IMG/VR virus record: IMGVR_UViG_3300021979_000003
Coordinates: 128,001 to 192,000 of that record
Source of the DNA: a virus
Lineage: Duplodnaviria; Caudoviricetes
DNA length: 64,000 nt
Reading direction: 5' to 3' (one strand)
Below, piece after piece: positions 10,387 to 21,798 of the stretch (position 1 is the stretch's first letter; the number at the start of each line of letters is the position of its first letter). A program made the translations under genes and the position numbers. Below the pieces are notes generated by a model. It was given only the letters and a program-made list of their open reading frames with translations. It was not told where the DNA came from and searched no databases.

Positions 10387-10394
10387 TATAAATA
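10387..10394 (+). promoter_or_regulatory. T4-type late promoter
   Basis: Exact TATAAATA 30 nt before the giant gene's ATG, within a GCTATA...TATAGC inverted repeat. Confidence 0.85.
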
Positions 10395-10423
10395 GTTTAT
10401 ATAGCAATATTATGGAGTAATAA

Positions 10424-13400
10424 ATGGCTGATAAAAATATCAAGAATTTCCTTCCTTCGGTATTCCGTACAAATAAAATTAAAAACTTCATGGATTCAAC
10501 TTCGGAGACATTGTTCAGTGACAATAACTCCGAGAATAAATCTTATTTTGTTGGTAGACGTGTAGGTGGACTTTACGATCCACTAAGCGATTACTATGCT
10601 CAAGAAATTAATAAGATCAGGGAAAACTATCAGCTTGAACCATCGCTTGTTATTCGTGATAAAGACACCAGTGAAGTAAATGATGTTCTATTTTACGAAG
10701 ACCTTCTAAGAAGTCTTGAAAACTCAGGATCACAAGTAAGTGATCATTCTCGTCTATTTGCTTCTACGAAGTTTTCTTATGCACCACCTATCGACATGGA
10801 TATGTTTATCAATTACTCAGACTACTACTGGTATCCAGAAGGTGGTTTCGAAATTCGTGTTGATGCTAATCCATCTGATTTAGAAGGAAGAATTGCAGCC
10901 ACTGTACGTATCATCGAAACTAGTGAACCACTAGAAGTATCTACGGGTATGCATTTAGAGCTAAACGACAATAACATTTATATTGTTGAAGGTGTTGGTA
11001 CATATATTCGCTTGATTGAGTTTGATCCAGATAATAATAAGCCATTCAAAATAGACCGTGTGTACAATGTCACACAGACTTCCAATGATGTTATTGAAAG
11101 GTTCCCTGCTGAATACATCACTATGGAGCGTGGTGCAAATGATAAAAACCCATGGTCCAGAAATAATTCTTGGTATCACAAGGATGTTATTAATAAAATA
11201 ATCGGTCAGAGCAGATTCCTAGCAGAAAGAAGCCGTAGGGCACAGCGTCCAATAATTTGTTTTAGACGCGACCTTGAGCTTTATAACTATGGTAATCATT
11301 TTGATTTTGTTAAATCAATTGATACTACTTTATCTACATCTATGGATGGCGCAAACATTGAATCTGGTGATAAAGTAATAATCAACGGTGATTCTAACAT
11401 ATATCAATATGATGGTTCTGCATTCTTGAGCGTAGCGCAAGCAAACCATGATGATAAAGTTACTATCTATGATGGAAATAACAAAGCTGATGAATTTAAG
11501 TGGGATTCTATTGAAGATGATTGGGTTCTATGTCAACGAAAGTTAGAAGTAAACCAACCGATCCTTTTCAATATTTACGATTCGAATGATGAGAACGCTA
11601 CGCTAATTTCTGATGAGTTCAAGTACCCGAACAGTTCATTTGATGGCTGTGAAATATTCCGTTACGCTAGGTCTTCTACTAGTCTTGAAGACCCTGTTCT
11701 TGGATTTGGTATTAGATATAAAGCTTTCCGTGAATCCTCAGATATTGTATTTGAGAACGCTATGTCTGATACTTGTACATACGAAATCGGTGGCGAAACG
11801 CGTACAATACAAAATGGTTTCTATAAAGTAAACAACCCCAATAACATTGAAAGAAATAATATTATTAAATTTACTATCGGAAAAGATTATACTACTGGTA
11901 ATCCTGTAGTTTATATCAATGGTAGACAGCAACGTAATATTGTTTTGAAGGCCAACACACAATACCGTTTGGATTATACCGACAGTAGTACTACTGTACG
12001 TGGATGGTATGAAAATTACAGTCCTATTGAAATTTTGGATGAGACTGGAAGTCAGGTTATTCGCCCAACACATGCAGATTCCTCAAAGAATGATGTTCTT
12101 TATACATTTAATGAAACTTCTGCTGGTGGATATGTCTATAAGACCTCTTATTACGAAGGTCGTATCTATGTAGTTAATGAGACAGTAGAAGATTTTTATT
12201 TCGAAAACTCATGGATTGAATCAGAAGACACAAATATAACATTAAAATTAGAAAAACTAGTTACTGATGAAAATGATTTAGAAGTTAAGCTTTCATATAC
12301 TCCAAGAAATGATAACGCAATTCGTGTTACATACAATGGCGATGTATTGGGTAAATCATCTTATTACTTTTCAGTAGATAGTGTGTTCATTACAGATATT
12401 GAGGGTGAAGTTGAGAAAGGCGATTATATTGAAGTCTTTTACACTACTAATGATCCGGTGAGTAATGAATCTGAAGAAATTCAGATGGTTCACCCTAGTT
12501 TGAATAATAACCCCAATAACGATGATATTGAAGATTTCGCTTTCTCTGAAGTGTTTGATCAGTTCCGTTCTATTATTAGAAACCAACCGTTTCTTAAAGG
12601 TACGGCTCTAACTGATAACAATTTCCGAGATACTATCAAGGATGGCTCTTTAGGTACTTCTATTCTAAAACACAGTGCGCCAATGGTCCCACTAATGTTT
12701 GCAAACCTATCAGATGAAGCTGACGTTGTTGAAGCAATCATCAGCGCAAAGGATTACTATAATAACTTTAAAAATTCATTGATCGTTGAATCAGATGAGT
12801 TTAACAGAAACAACGATATAACAAACGAGAATGTTAGAGATATCTTTGATGATATTGTTGCGTCTATTAACTCTGGTCGTCGTAAAACAGACCCTTATGC
12901 ATATTCATACATGTTTGCAACATACAACAAATATACAAACGTTACCTTTGATGCATCTGGTGTCGCTAGTGAGTACCTTGACATAGATATTGATTCGAAC
13001 GAGTTATATATCTACACGCAAGACGGTTTAAGATTAATTGATATCGATTACCGTATTGAAAACGATAGCTCTACCTTAACAACTACACTAGTTCCATTAA
13101 CGTTCAGTATAGAAGATATTATTGAATCTCGTTATTACCAAGAAATGGAACCATCCTTCTGTGCGCCCACTCCTATGAAGTTTGGTCTTGATCGTCCAAA
13201 GCGCCCAGAAATTATTAAAGATGAAACTTATCTTTCTGACAAGTACTTTATTATAGGCCATGATGGATCGAAATTCTTAGCATACTCATCTGAAGATCAA
13301 ATTAACTCAGGTGAGCTAGACGGTAGAGACTTGTTGGTGCTTGAACTTGAGAAAAGAATCTATAATGGTATACGTCCTGAGTTCAAAGACGAAAGTAAGT

Positions 13401-16400
13401 TTATCATTAACTTAAGTGATGTAACACCTTCTTACTATAAAGAATTGTCAGTAACTAAACAGTTTGTTGAAGATGTAGAGTTCAGATTCTTCAGCAAATG
13501 GTGTAATGATAATAATATCAACTATACTGCTAATGATACGTTCGATATCAACAATGAATTAACTTATAACATACCAAGATTTGAAACTGATAATGGCGTT
13601 GTAATAAGCGGTCATTGGAAATCTATCTATCAATATTTCTATGGTACTGTTACTCCTAATAAAACACCGTGGGAAATGCTTGAGTTTAAGATAAAGCCTT
13701 CATGGTGGGAATCAGAATATGGCACTGACTATTCAAGCAATAACACTCAGATGTGGAGTGATATCGAACAGGGTATTGTGAGACAAGGTGTGCGTGAGAA
13801 CCTAGCGTTTGATGCGTATAAATCTTCCACAAACCGTCTAAGAAAAGATGGGTTGATGCAAATTCTCCCTGTAGATTCCAATGGTGATTTACGTACAGTG
13901 AGTGATATAGGACTGGTTGATAGTTCTACCTTTAATTATTATCAAATTAAACGTGAATGGTCATTCGGTGAATATGGACCGGTAGAACAGGCATGGAGAA
14001 ATAGTTCAGATTACAGCTTCGTTAAGCAAGCGCTGTTTTATATTTCTAAACCTCTACAGTATATCACAGAGGCTTGGGATACTGAACTAAGCTTTAATCT
14101 TCCAGTGGGTAACGTTCATAAGCCTTCTGAAATGGGCGTACACTCTTTTGTGGAGAATAGCACTAATTTTAATTACGTTGCTGGTGTGTCACAGTGGCTA
14201 TACTCTTACCTACAGGTAAAGAATCTTTCTGGTGAAAGATTGCTACGTGATAGATTTTATGAATCAGATATTCAACTGTCACATAAAGCTGGTGGATTTA
14301 TCGATTCAACTAATATTAATATTTCTACAGAAACGTTCAACCCACGTTCTGATAGTACGGTCACTAATATTCCAACAGAAGACATTAGTGTCCTTTTACA
14401 TGAAAGTAAAGACATTAAAACTGAAACTTATAGTGGTGTTCTAGTTGAGCGTGTGGACGCAGACAAAACTTTCTATAATTTCAATGAAGGTCAAATTTAT
14501 GATATCAATGAAGTAGTTTATAATACAAATGATAAAAACTATTATAAGCTGGTTTCAGATCATAAAAGCTATCCTGATTTTGAACCATTTACTCTATATG
14601 TCACTGGACGCGTAGTTAAGTATGCAAATAGATTATATGTCTGTCTGGAAGACTATAGAAGCGATGATCAAGAGTTCCCCAATAATAGTTCTAAGTGGAA
14701 ACTAAGAGGTTTCGTAGCAAATGATTGGGCACTATTAACAGGTAAGCCTTCTGCGAAAACTACATACTTCAAGGTATATGGTTACGATCTATATGATTCT
14801 GGATTTAGAACAATACCAGCTAGTGATACGTCACGCGATATTGAAATTACTGTACCAACCGTGGACAGTAAGCAAGTTCCTGTAGTTAATTGGGAACCAA
14901 ATAAGCAATTCTATACTGGTCAATATGTAAGAATTAATGACGGTAACCTTTTTGCGTGTAGAAGGGATCATGTATCTTCTGAAGTTTTTGACACTCAGCT
15001 ATGGGTTAGAAGTGATAAACTACCATTTACTAATATGGCTAGTGTGAATGTTAAAACTGAAGGTTCTAATAAAGTTTCTTACGTTCCTTATGGTACTGTG
15101 TTTAGAACCACACGAGAAGTATCAGAATTCCTTATGGCTTATGGAAGATATCTAGAGAGTCGTGGATGGAAATTTGATTCTTTCGACTCAAGCAGAAATA
15201 AATTTAAAAATTGGAAATTATCCGTAGAAGAGTTTATTCGTTGGGCTTATGAAAATCAATCTGCTGGAAGTGTAATTGGTTTATCTCCTATCTCAGAAGA
15301 TATTAAATTCTCTGCGAGTCACGGTGTTCCAAGTATCACCCGCAATAAAATCAATACTCCGGTAACTCTTATTGGACCAAAGGGTAATATTATTGACCCT
15401 AAGAACGCTGAATATAACCGCTCTGGTGGTATCTACCACGTAATGGCTGGCGAACCAGTGTTCTTCTGTAAGCTCTCTATTAAAGAGTATGAGCATATCA
15501 TTACGGTTAACAATAGAACTGTGTTCAATGATGTAATTTATGATCCAGAATTGGGTATACGTAAAGACCGTCTAAAAATCCGCACCCTTAAGACTAAAGG
15601 ATGGGATGGACGTTTACGTGCAGAAGGTTTCATTGTGACCGGTGATAAAATTTTACCTAACTTTGAAACGTCTGTTTCCGATATTAAATCTATTTCGGAT
15701 AAAGATGTCATTTCTATCCAAGATATATACAACCGCCTGAAGTATCACAACTTTGGTTACGAACAGCGTTCATACCTTGAAGGTCTTTCTATGGACGCCA
15801 AGGCACAGATATCCTTCTATGAAGGGTTTGTGCGTCAGAAAGGCACCTCAGAAGCGTTCCAGAGGCTATTACGATCTTCTGAGCTAGATGTTAGTGGTGA
15901 TATGAAAATCAACGAAGAGTGGGCGTTTAAGCAAGGCACATTCGGTTCTGTTGAGACTGATCAGCGTGTGGAAATTCTATTCGATAACACAGATATGAAA
16001 TCCACACCACAGGCAGTGTATCTTGAATATAAGCAAGAATTTGAAAACAAAAAAGCGACAGATGTATATGTAGACATTGAAGATAGAGATAAGTGGATCA
16101 CAAAACCAAAATCTCTGGTTGATGGAAATATATTCGTTGAAACGAAATTCAATAACGTCAAAAAGTATCCAACCGCTGGATATGTCCGCTGGTCAGATGC
16201 TGACTTTAAAGCATTTACTTTAAAAGGATTGGGGGCATCTATTAGAGAATCGAATCGTTCTATTGTGGAAGGTATGAGAGCTTGGATTGCTAAAGATAGT
16301 TCAGAGCAGTATGGATGGAACGTTTACCATAGCTCTTTTGTTAATGTAACGGTTGACGAAATTATTACACTTGGTAGAAATTCCGTTTCCAGTGCGGTGC

Positions 16401-19400
16401 TAAGACTTTCTGGTGATGTTAATGAAGATTATGTGTATGGTATATATGACGGTGGATACAACTATACATTTAAATTAACTAAAATTGATCCAAACGATAA
16501 CGTTTATATCATGTTAAGCTTCGATGAAGAAATGTATACAACATTTGAATCATCCGAAGATTTGACTTCACTAAATCAATTGCAGTTTGTGCGTTGGGTT
16601 CCAAGTCGAATCAATATGTTCTATCACCAGTTCTTTGATGATGTACAAGATACTATTGATACTTTTATTGGTAATATTGCACACTCTCCAAGTGATGGTT
16701 ATAGACTATACATTGATATAACCAACAGCCCTGTTTCTTACAAGGCAGAAGTTATGAATAGTAACCCTTATGAATACTGGTCTTTTGATAGTAATTCATA
16801 TGCAGGTATGAATGGCAATAACTTTAGTCAACAGGATTCATCATCTGTACCGTCTGACGTTATCAACAACTATAATTCACTGGTGAGTGATGGAACTACG
16901 TTTAGTCCAGCTAGTGATGAATGGCCTAATATGATTTGGTCAGATTTAGGCTCAACCACAGAAAACACTAAAACAATCGAGTTTTGGTTTGAATATGATG
17001 AGACTGTTAGATTTACCGAAGATATGTCCCATAGCTATCCGATTGCTGCGATAGTTCAGAGAGATACTACTGGTGAAGTTGTCTCTACCCATATTGGCGT
17101 ATATCCAGATACGGATAATGAAACTAACGATTATCGTGTGATTCATACAATTGATGGAAACCTAGAATACAGTTCTTCTATACCTCTAGAAAACGGTATG
17201 AACCATTGTGTACTTACTGTAGATAATGGTCCTTCTGGTAATACAATTAAAACTGTAATTAATGGTACAGTAGTTGATGAGGTAAGTTCAATTAACGGTA
17301 TTGTACAGAACACCACCCATAGTGTATTTGTCGCTTGTGTTGATAATCATCAAAGCGGCGATGACATGCCAATGGTTGATGAACTAGCATTCTATGAAAG
17401 CTCACTTTCTATTATCGATATACAATCGCACTATCGCTCTGGTATTGCAGGACTGGTAGCGTCGAACGAAGAAAAATGGGGAGTATTTGAATATAACTCT
17501 GGTTCTTGGTCTGTCGTTTATGAAGAGAAACCTGTTATTGATACTGACATGATCCATGAGTGTTTAATATACAACACTGAAGATAGCTCATATATCGACA
17601 ATGTTAAGATACATGATCCAGTTAAAGGATACTTTGCTGGTGCACCTATTCAAGACATCGATTACATCACTGAGTACGATCCTGTAGACTACAATTCTGG
17701 TACAGAAAATTACAGTGCGTGGGGTAGCAACAAAGTAGGTACTGTATGGTGGGATACATCTACCATGAGATACCTAGAGTATGAAAACGGTACTAGTGAA
17801 GACAGAATAAACTTCTGGGGTACATTATTCCCACAGAGTACTATAGATGTATATGAGTGGAGACAATCTACTGTAGTTCCTTCTGAATACGAAGGAACTG
17901 GTACACCATACACAACTGAAGAATATGTGTTTGAAGATGTTTATGATGAAGAAACTAATGAAACTACGAGATTCTACTTCTTCTGGGTTAAGAACACCAG
18001 TGGTATTCCTGAGAATACAAATAGAACTAGTAGCATCGTTAATATTTCAAACTCAATTAGGTATCCTGATAACAATGGTGTTCCTTATATCAATTTTATT
18101 AATAATGAATGCATTCTACTAAACGATAACACAAATGTTATGGTTCAGAATGACTTTGTACTTCAGATTGAATATGAAACCAATAAAGATGATATTGACA
18201 CACATACTCAATGGACTCTAGTATCTGAAGATGAAAGAGAAGATGAAATTCCAGATTTCCTATTCAACAAAATGATTGATAGCATTCTTGGATACACTGA
18301 AGAAGATGTGAACGGTATTGTACATCAAATACCTGACGTGAACCTTTCTGAGTCAAAGAAATATGGAAACCTACAATTCCCTCGTCAAACATGGTTTATT
18401 AATACTAAAGAGGCACGTAGAAACTTCTTTGAAGCTATCAACGAAGCTTTAGAGGGTATTAACATTTGGGATGTCGAACTATTCTGGGAAGAATTAAATG
18501 AAGATGTCCTACGTGATACGAAATACTTTGGACTAATTGATTGGTATAAAGAAGGCTATGACCCGTTAACTATAGTTTCCAACTTGGTTAATAAACGTGT
18601 TGATATTCTAACAACACCACTAAATGATGGTGAGTATATCAAAGTGAACGAATCTGTAGGAAGAATGCCTTCAGTATACGAAAGTGGATTTACTATCTAT
18701 CAGTATCATTCTGATATTAATAGTTATGAAAAAGTAGGACAATCTCGTGCAGAATTGAAGTTCAAAGAAGCCTTCTATGTTGATGATATAAGTCAAGAAG
18801 ATGCTGCTAAAATACGCGATATTCTAGGAATTGTTTTCGAAACGTTCTTGGGTAAACAACGTCCAGAGTTTATTAATAAGATTTTCTACACTATGGTTAG
18901 ATATGTAATCAGTGAACAGCCAACAAATGATTGGGTGTTCCCAACGACTTACATAAACATCAACCAAGAGTCTAGAAGCTTAATTAAGAAGCGTGTTTAT
19001 CAGGATGACAAAGAAGAAGAAATTATTGGATATGTTACTGAAGCAAAACCTTTCCATACTAAGCTAAGGGAAATTAATAAAATTGCTACAGGTGATATTG
19101 AATACAATGGTTTCTATGTTACTGATTTTGATAAACCCCCGTATCTAACTGATTCGAGAGAAATTATCAATATTCAAGAAGAAACTATTGATACTATTCC
19201 GTACAAGAAAGACTTGTACTACAACCTAAGCATTCGAAATGCAAAACCTGTTGAATACTGGCCGATGAATGTGAAGTATTCACCAAGCACTATCGAAGGT
19301 GAATTTGGCGTTAACTTCTATAACAGAGATAGTGATTTCGTTGCTAAACCTAGTGGTATCTGTTTCAACAACGGTTTCGAACTGCTTGGACCATATAGCA

Positions 19401-21787
19401 CTGATCCTATTACACTTGAATCCAGTAAGATAACGATGGAAGCTTGGTTATATGGTCATGACATTGATATTCTAAACGGTCAGAGTTCATATGAAGTGAT
19501 GTCTATAAACGTCACTAACAGCGATAATCCATCCGATAGCGTGGTTTATAAAGTAGTGATGCTAGACAACGCAGGCACAGTAGAATATCGCGTACAGGCG
19601 TTCAGAGGCAACGTACCGTACCTTGATGAGGTTGTTACCCTGACACCAAACGTCATGAACTACTTCGTTTTTGGTATTGATAATTCATCAACTAATACTA
19701 AGTTGAATCTATCAATAAACCGTGATAACTATGTTACATATAACTTAGGAAACTTTATCAATGTTAATGGATTCTATGATGTATCACTTAATATAGGTAG
19801 TACTGATGTTCATTATTTCTATGATGAATTCGCACTTTATGATAGACCGCTTGATATTCAAACGGTAGAAGACCATTACGATTATGCAAGTGAGTCTGTA
19901 CCTCAAAGAGTGTTTAAGCTTGAAAACTACCATGATCCTGATAGTACAAACGTGTTTATCGAAGGCGTTCTTCTCCCGAAGAATGAGTACAGTATCATTA
20001 ACAATGAACTACGATTAGTTAATGAGCCACCACGTGCTTACAGACATGTTTCTAACGTGGTTGTTAAATCAACTAATATTGCCGATGATAGAATATTGTC
20101 TGAATATGATCAGGCACGTGGCTACTATGGTGTGAACAAAAACGATTTAAATGAATGGATGATGACTGTTAACCAGAAGCGTACACACGCCATGTTTGAC
20201 CGTATTTCTGTCTTACCTTCTCTTCCATTAGAAGACTTGGTGACACGCTATAATGATGTGTTAAGTTCAGAAACACCACTAGAAGAATTCAGTAACCAGT
20301 CTTACAAGTTCAAGGGATTCAATGGACGTAAGTTTACTGAAACTGATCGTATAGTGACAAACATGTACTTTGATGATCTAACTGTGTTAGTTAGCGAGTC
20401 GTATGTTGAAACAGTAAACGCTCCTATAAAGAAGAACTTCAACATTGGTGATTCTTTCTCTGAGGATAATATTGCTGTATTTGTTAACGATGATCTTGTA
20501 GAACCAAGACATTACAACACTTCAATCGATTCTGGTACATCTGAAATCACCGTATCAATGTTATTTGATGTGAAAAAGAATAGTAAGTTTACGGTTAGAC
20601 CTAAAGACAAATATGAAGACCTTATGTTCAAGGTCGCACATCACCGTGGAGTGGGTATACCGTTCAGAAATCTTGATGAAATAAAAGAAATAGGTTTCAA
20701 GGTAGACGAAAATACTTATCCAGTTAAAATTGATACCAATGGAGAGTTAATTCTTGACTCTGATTATATCGAAATGGTTGAAGACACAGGTCATGATGTT
20801 AGCTTAGACGTTCTATATTCTGAGTTCGATGATGTGACCGCAGATATTAAAAATGCTGATAAGTTCCTTCGAAATGCTGAAGAAGCTATACCCGAAGAAA
20901 GAACTGACTTGAACTTAAAAGAAGCACTTGTGTTTACGTTCAAGACTAACTTGAAGATAATTCAGAGAGGATATGAAACAGGATCAGGCTTTGATATATT
21001 TGACACAGTAAGCTTTACAGCGTCTGGTGGAGAAACCGAATACCCAATCACACTAGGATCAATACCTAAAGAACAAATCCTTGTATTGGTTAATGAAGAC
21101 GAATGGGTTATGGACGGTGAATATACCAACGATCAGCATCATTATAGTGTTGAGCCTGATAAAATTGTTTTCAATAAGCAGTTGAGAAATAATGACAAGG
21201 TTATTATTACTGATAGGTATTCTGCGTTTGATCAATATCGCGGTACGCAAATGTTTATTCATAAAAATATTCAAGCGGGCGGTTACGATGGCGACATGGT
21301 TATGCCTGACTTCATGAATGATAGTGAAGATCGCCGTGAATTTATCATCTATACACAGGATGGTAGAGTACATGCGTTTGAATGTCCAGAATCTGAGGCA
21401 ATAACAGTTAATGGTTCGGTAACATATGCACAAGAATCTATCGAACTAACAGGCAATGTTTCTGATAGCATGAAACTTGCTAATAAAGATCAAGGTAAAA
21501 TTGCCGTGGTTTATGGCGAGGAAATAGATGGTTCAGGAAAGCTAGTTAGTAGTCGATGTGAATTCATCCACTATACACAAGCAGATGGCAATGTTATTGA
21601 AGGAATAAAGCGTGGCCTGTTTGGTAAAAATCCAAAGGATTTCGATAGCAATAAATATAATATAAAGGTATATCCATTAACAATTGATGATAGCCTACCA
21701 AGTTTCACAATAACAGAGCCTTATCTAGGAGTTAGAGGAAAAGCATCTTATCCTAAATATGGTCATATAATGAGTGGTAAAGATTAA
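10424..21787 (+). CDS. Giant virion structural protein, 3787 aa, probably baseplate-associated, with chitin-binding-type and LamG-like modules
   Basis: Uninterrupted 11.4-kb ORF with SD GGAG and a late promoter; W/Y-rich ChtBD3-like repeats at about 14480-15010; two D-E-x-A-x-Y...L...I..HY LamG-like ends. Confidence 0.75.
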   Translation: MADKNIKNFLPSVFRTNKIKNFMDSTSETLFSDNNSENKSYFVGRRVGGLYDPLSDYYAQEINKIRENYQLEPSLVIRDKDTSEVNDVLFYEDLLRSLENSGSQVSDHSRLFASTKFSYAPPIDMDMFINYSDYYWYPEGGFEIRVDANPSDLEGRIAATVRIIETSEPLEVSTGMHLELNDNNIYIVEGVGTYIRLIEFDPDNNKPFKIDRVYNVTQTSNDVIERFPAEYITMERGANDKNPWSRNNSWYHKDVINKIIGQSRFLAERSRRAQRPIICFRRDLELYNYGNHFDFVKSIDTTLSTSMDGANIESGDKVIINGDSNIYQYDGSAFLSVAQANHDDKVTIYDGNNKADEFKWDSIEDDWVLCQRKLEVNQPILFNIYDSNDENATLISDEFKYPNSSFDGCEIFRYARSSTSLEDPVLGFGIRYKAFRESSDIVFENAMSDTCTYEIGGETRTIQNGFYKVNNPNNIERNNIIKFTIGKDYTTGNPVVYINGRQQRNIVLKANTQYRLDYTDSSTTVRGWYENYSPIEILDETGSQVIRPTHADSSKNDVLYTFNETSAGGYVYKTSYYEGRIYVVNETVEDFYFENSWIESEDTNITLKLEKLVTDENDLEVKLSYTPRNDNAIRVTYNGDVLGKSSYYFSVDSVFITDIEGEVEKGDYIEVFYTTNDPVSNESEEIQMVHPSLNNNPNNDDIEDFAFSEVFDQFRSIIRNQPFLKGTALTDNNFRDTIKDGSLGTSILKHSAPMVPLMFANLSDEADVVEAIISAKDYYNNFKNSLIVESDEFNRNNDITNENVRDIFDDIVASINSGRRKTDPYAYSYMFATYNKYTNVTFDASGVASEYLDIDIDSNELYIYTQDGLRLIDIDYRIENDSSTLTTTLVPLTFSIEDIIESRYYQEMEPSFCAPTPMKFGLDRPKRPEIIKDETYLSDKYFIIGHDGSKFLAYSSEDQINSGELDGRDLLVLELEKRIYNGIRPEFKDESKFIINLSDVTPSYYKELSVTKQFVEDVEFRFFSKWCNDNNINYTANDTFDINNELTYNIPRFETDNGVVISGHWKSIYQYFYGTVTPNKTPWEMLEFKIKPSWWESEYGTDYSSNNTQMWSDIEQGIVRQGVRENLAFDAYKSSTNRLRKDGLMQILPVDSNGDLRTVSDIGLVDSSTFNYYQIKREWSFGEYGPVEQAWRNSSDYSFVKQALFYISKPLQYITEAWDTELSFNLPVGNVHKPSEMGVHSFVENSTNFNYVAGVSQWLYSYLQVKNLSGERLLRDRFYESDIQLSHKAGGFIDSTNINISTETFNPRSDSTVTNIPTEDISVLLHESKDIKTETYSGVLVERVDADKTFYNFNEGQIYDINEVVYNTNDKNYYKLVSDHKSYPDFEPFTLYVTGRVVKYANRLYVCLEDYRSDDQEFPNNSSKWKLRGFVANDWALLTGKPSAKTTYFKVYGYDLYDSGFRTIPASDTSRDIEITVPTVDSKQVPVVNWEPNKQFYTGQYVRINDGNLFACRRDHVSSEVFDTQLWVRSDKLPFTNMASVNVKTEGSNKVSYVPYGTVFRTTREVSEFLMAYGRYLESRGWKFDSFDSSRNKFKNWKLSVEEFIRWAYENQSAGSVIGLSPISEDIKFSASHGVPSITRNKINTPVTLIGPKGNIIDPKNAEYNRSGGIYHVMAGEPVFFCKLSIKEYEHIITVNNRTVFNDVIYDPELGIRKDRLKIRTLKTKGWDGRLRAEGFIVTGDKILPNFETSVSDIKSISDKDVISIQDIYNRLKYHNFGYEQRSYLEGLSMDAKAQISFYEGFVRQKGTSEAFQRLLRSSELDVSGDMKINEEWAFKQGTFGSVETDQRVEILFDNTDMKSTPQAVYLEYKQEFENKKATDVYVDIEDRDKWITKPKSLVDGNIFVETKFNNVKKYPTAGYVRWSDADFKAFTLKGLGASIRESNRSIVEGMRAWIAKDSSEQYGWNVYHSSFVNVTVDEIITLGRNSVSSAVLRLSGDVNEDYVYGIYDGGYNYTFKLTKIDPNDNVYIMLSFDEEMYTTFESSEDLTSLNQLQFVRWVPSRINMFYHQFFDDVQDTIDTFIGNIAHSPSDGYRLYIDITNSPVSYKAEVMNSNPYEYWSFDSNSYAGMNGNNFSQQDSSSVPSDVINNYNSLVSDGTTFSPASDEWPNMIWSDLGSTTENTKTIEFWFEYDETVRFTEDMSHSYPIAAIVQRDTTGEVVSTHIGVYPDTDNETNDYRVIHTIDGNLEYSSSIPLENGMNHCVLTVDNGPSGNTIKTVINGTVVDEVSSINGIVQNTTHSVFVACVDNHQSGDDMPMVDELAFYESSLSIIDIQSHYRSGIAGLVASNEEKWGVFEYNSGSWSVVYEEKPVIDTDMIHECLIYNTEDSSYIDNVKIHDPVKGYFAGAPIQDIDYITEYDPVDYNSGTENYSAWGSNKVGTVWWDTSTMRYLEYENGTSEDRINFWGTLFPQSTIDVYEWRQSTVVPSEYEGTGTPYTTEEYVFEDVYDEETNETTRFYFFWVKNTSGIPENTNRTSSIVNISNSIRYPDNNGVPYINFINNECILLNDNTNVMVQNDFVLQIEYETNKDDIDTHTQWTLVSEDEREDEIPDFLFNKMIDSILGYTEEDVNGIVHQIPDVNLSESKKYGNLQFPRQTWFINTKEARRNFFEAINEALEGINIWDVELFWEELNEDVLRDTKYFGLIDWYKEGYDPLTIVSNLVNKRVDILTTPLNDGEYIKVNESVGRMPSVYESGFTIYQYHSDINSYEKVGQSRAELKFKEAFYVDDISQEDAAKIRDILGIVFETFLGKQRPEFINKIFYTMVRYVISEQPTNDWVFPTTYININQESRSLIKKRVYQDDKEEEIIGYVTEAKPFHTKLREINKIATGDIEYNGFYVTDFDKPPYLTDSREIINIQEETIDTIPYKKDLYYNLSIRNAKPVEYWPMNVKYSPSTIEGEFGVNFYNRDSDFVAKPSGICFNNGFELLGPYSTDPITLESSKITMEAWLYGHDIDILNGQSSYEVMSINVTNSDNPSDSVVYKVVMLDNAGTVEYRVQAFRGNVPYLDEVVTLTPNVMNYFVFGIDNSSTNTKLNLSINRDNYVTYNLGNFINVNGFYDVSLNIGSTDVHYFYDEFALYDRPLDIQTVEDHYDYASESVPQRVFKLENYHDPDSTNVFIEGVLLPKNEYSIINNELRLVNEPPRAYRHVSNVVVKSTNIADDRILSEYDQARGYYGVNKNDLNEWMMTVNQKRTHAMFDRISVLPSLPLEDLVTRYNDVLSSETPLEEFSNQSYKFKGFNGRKFTETDRIVTNMYFDDLTVLVSESYVETVNAPIKKNFNIGDSFSEDNIAVFVNDDLVEPRHYNTSIDSGTSEITVSMLFDVKKNSKFTVRPKDKYEDLMFKVAHHRGVGIPFRNLDEIKEIGFKVDENTYPVKIDTNGELILDSDYIEMVEDTGHDVSLDVLYSEFDDVTADIKNADKFLRNAEEAIPEERTDLNLKEALVFTFKTNLKIIQRGYETGSGFDIFDTVSFTASGGETEYPITLGSIPKEQILVLVNEDEWVMDGEYTNDQHHYSVEPDKIVFNKQLRNNDKVIITDRYSAFDQYRGTQMFIHKNIQAGGYDGDMVMPDFMNDSEDRREFIIYTQDGRVHAFECPESEAITVNGSVTYAQESIELTGNVSDSMKLANKDQGKIAVVYGEEIDGSGKLVSSRCEFIHYTQADGNVIEGIKRGLFGKNPKDFDSNKYNIKVYPLTIDDSLPSFTITEPYLGVRGKASYPKYGHIMSGKD

Positions 21788-21798
21788 CAGGAGAATAT

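Noticed and set aside
10424-21787. Intein or intron within the giant gene
   Set aside because: No C...HN-[CST] splice signature or LAGLIDADG/HNH block was recognised, and the ORF is uninterrupted.
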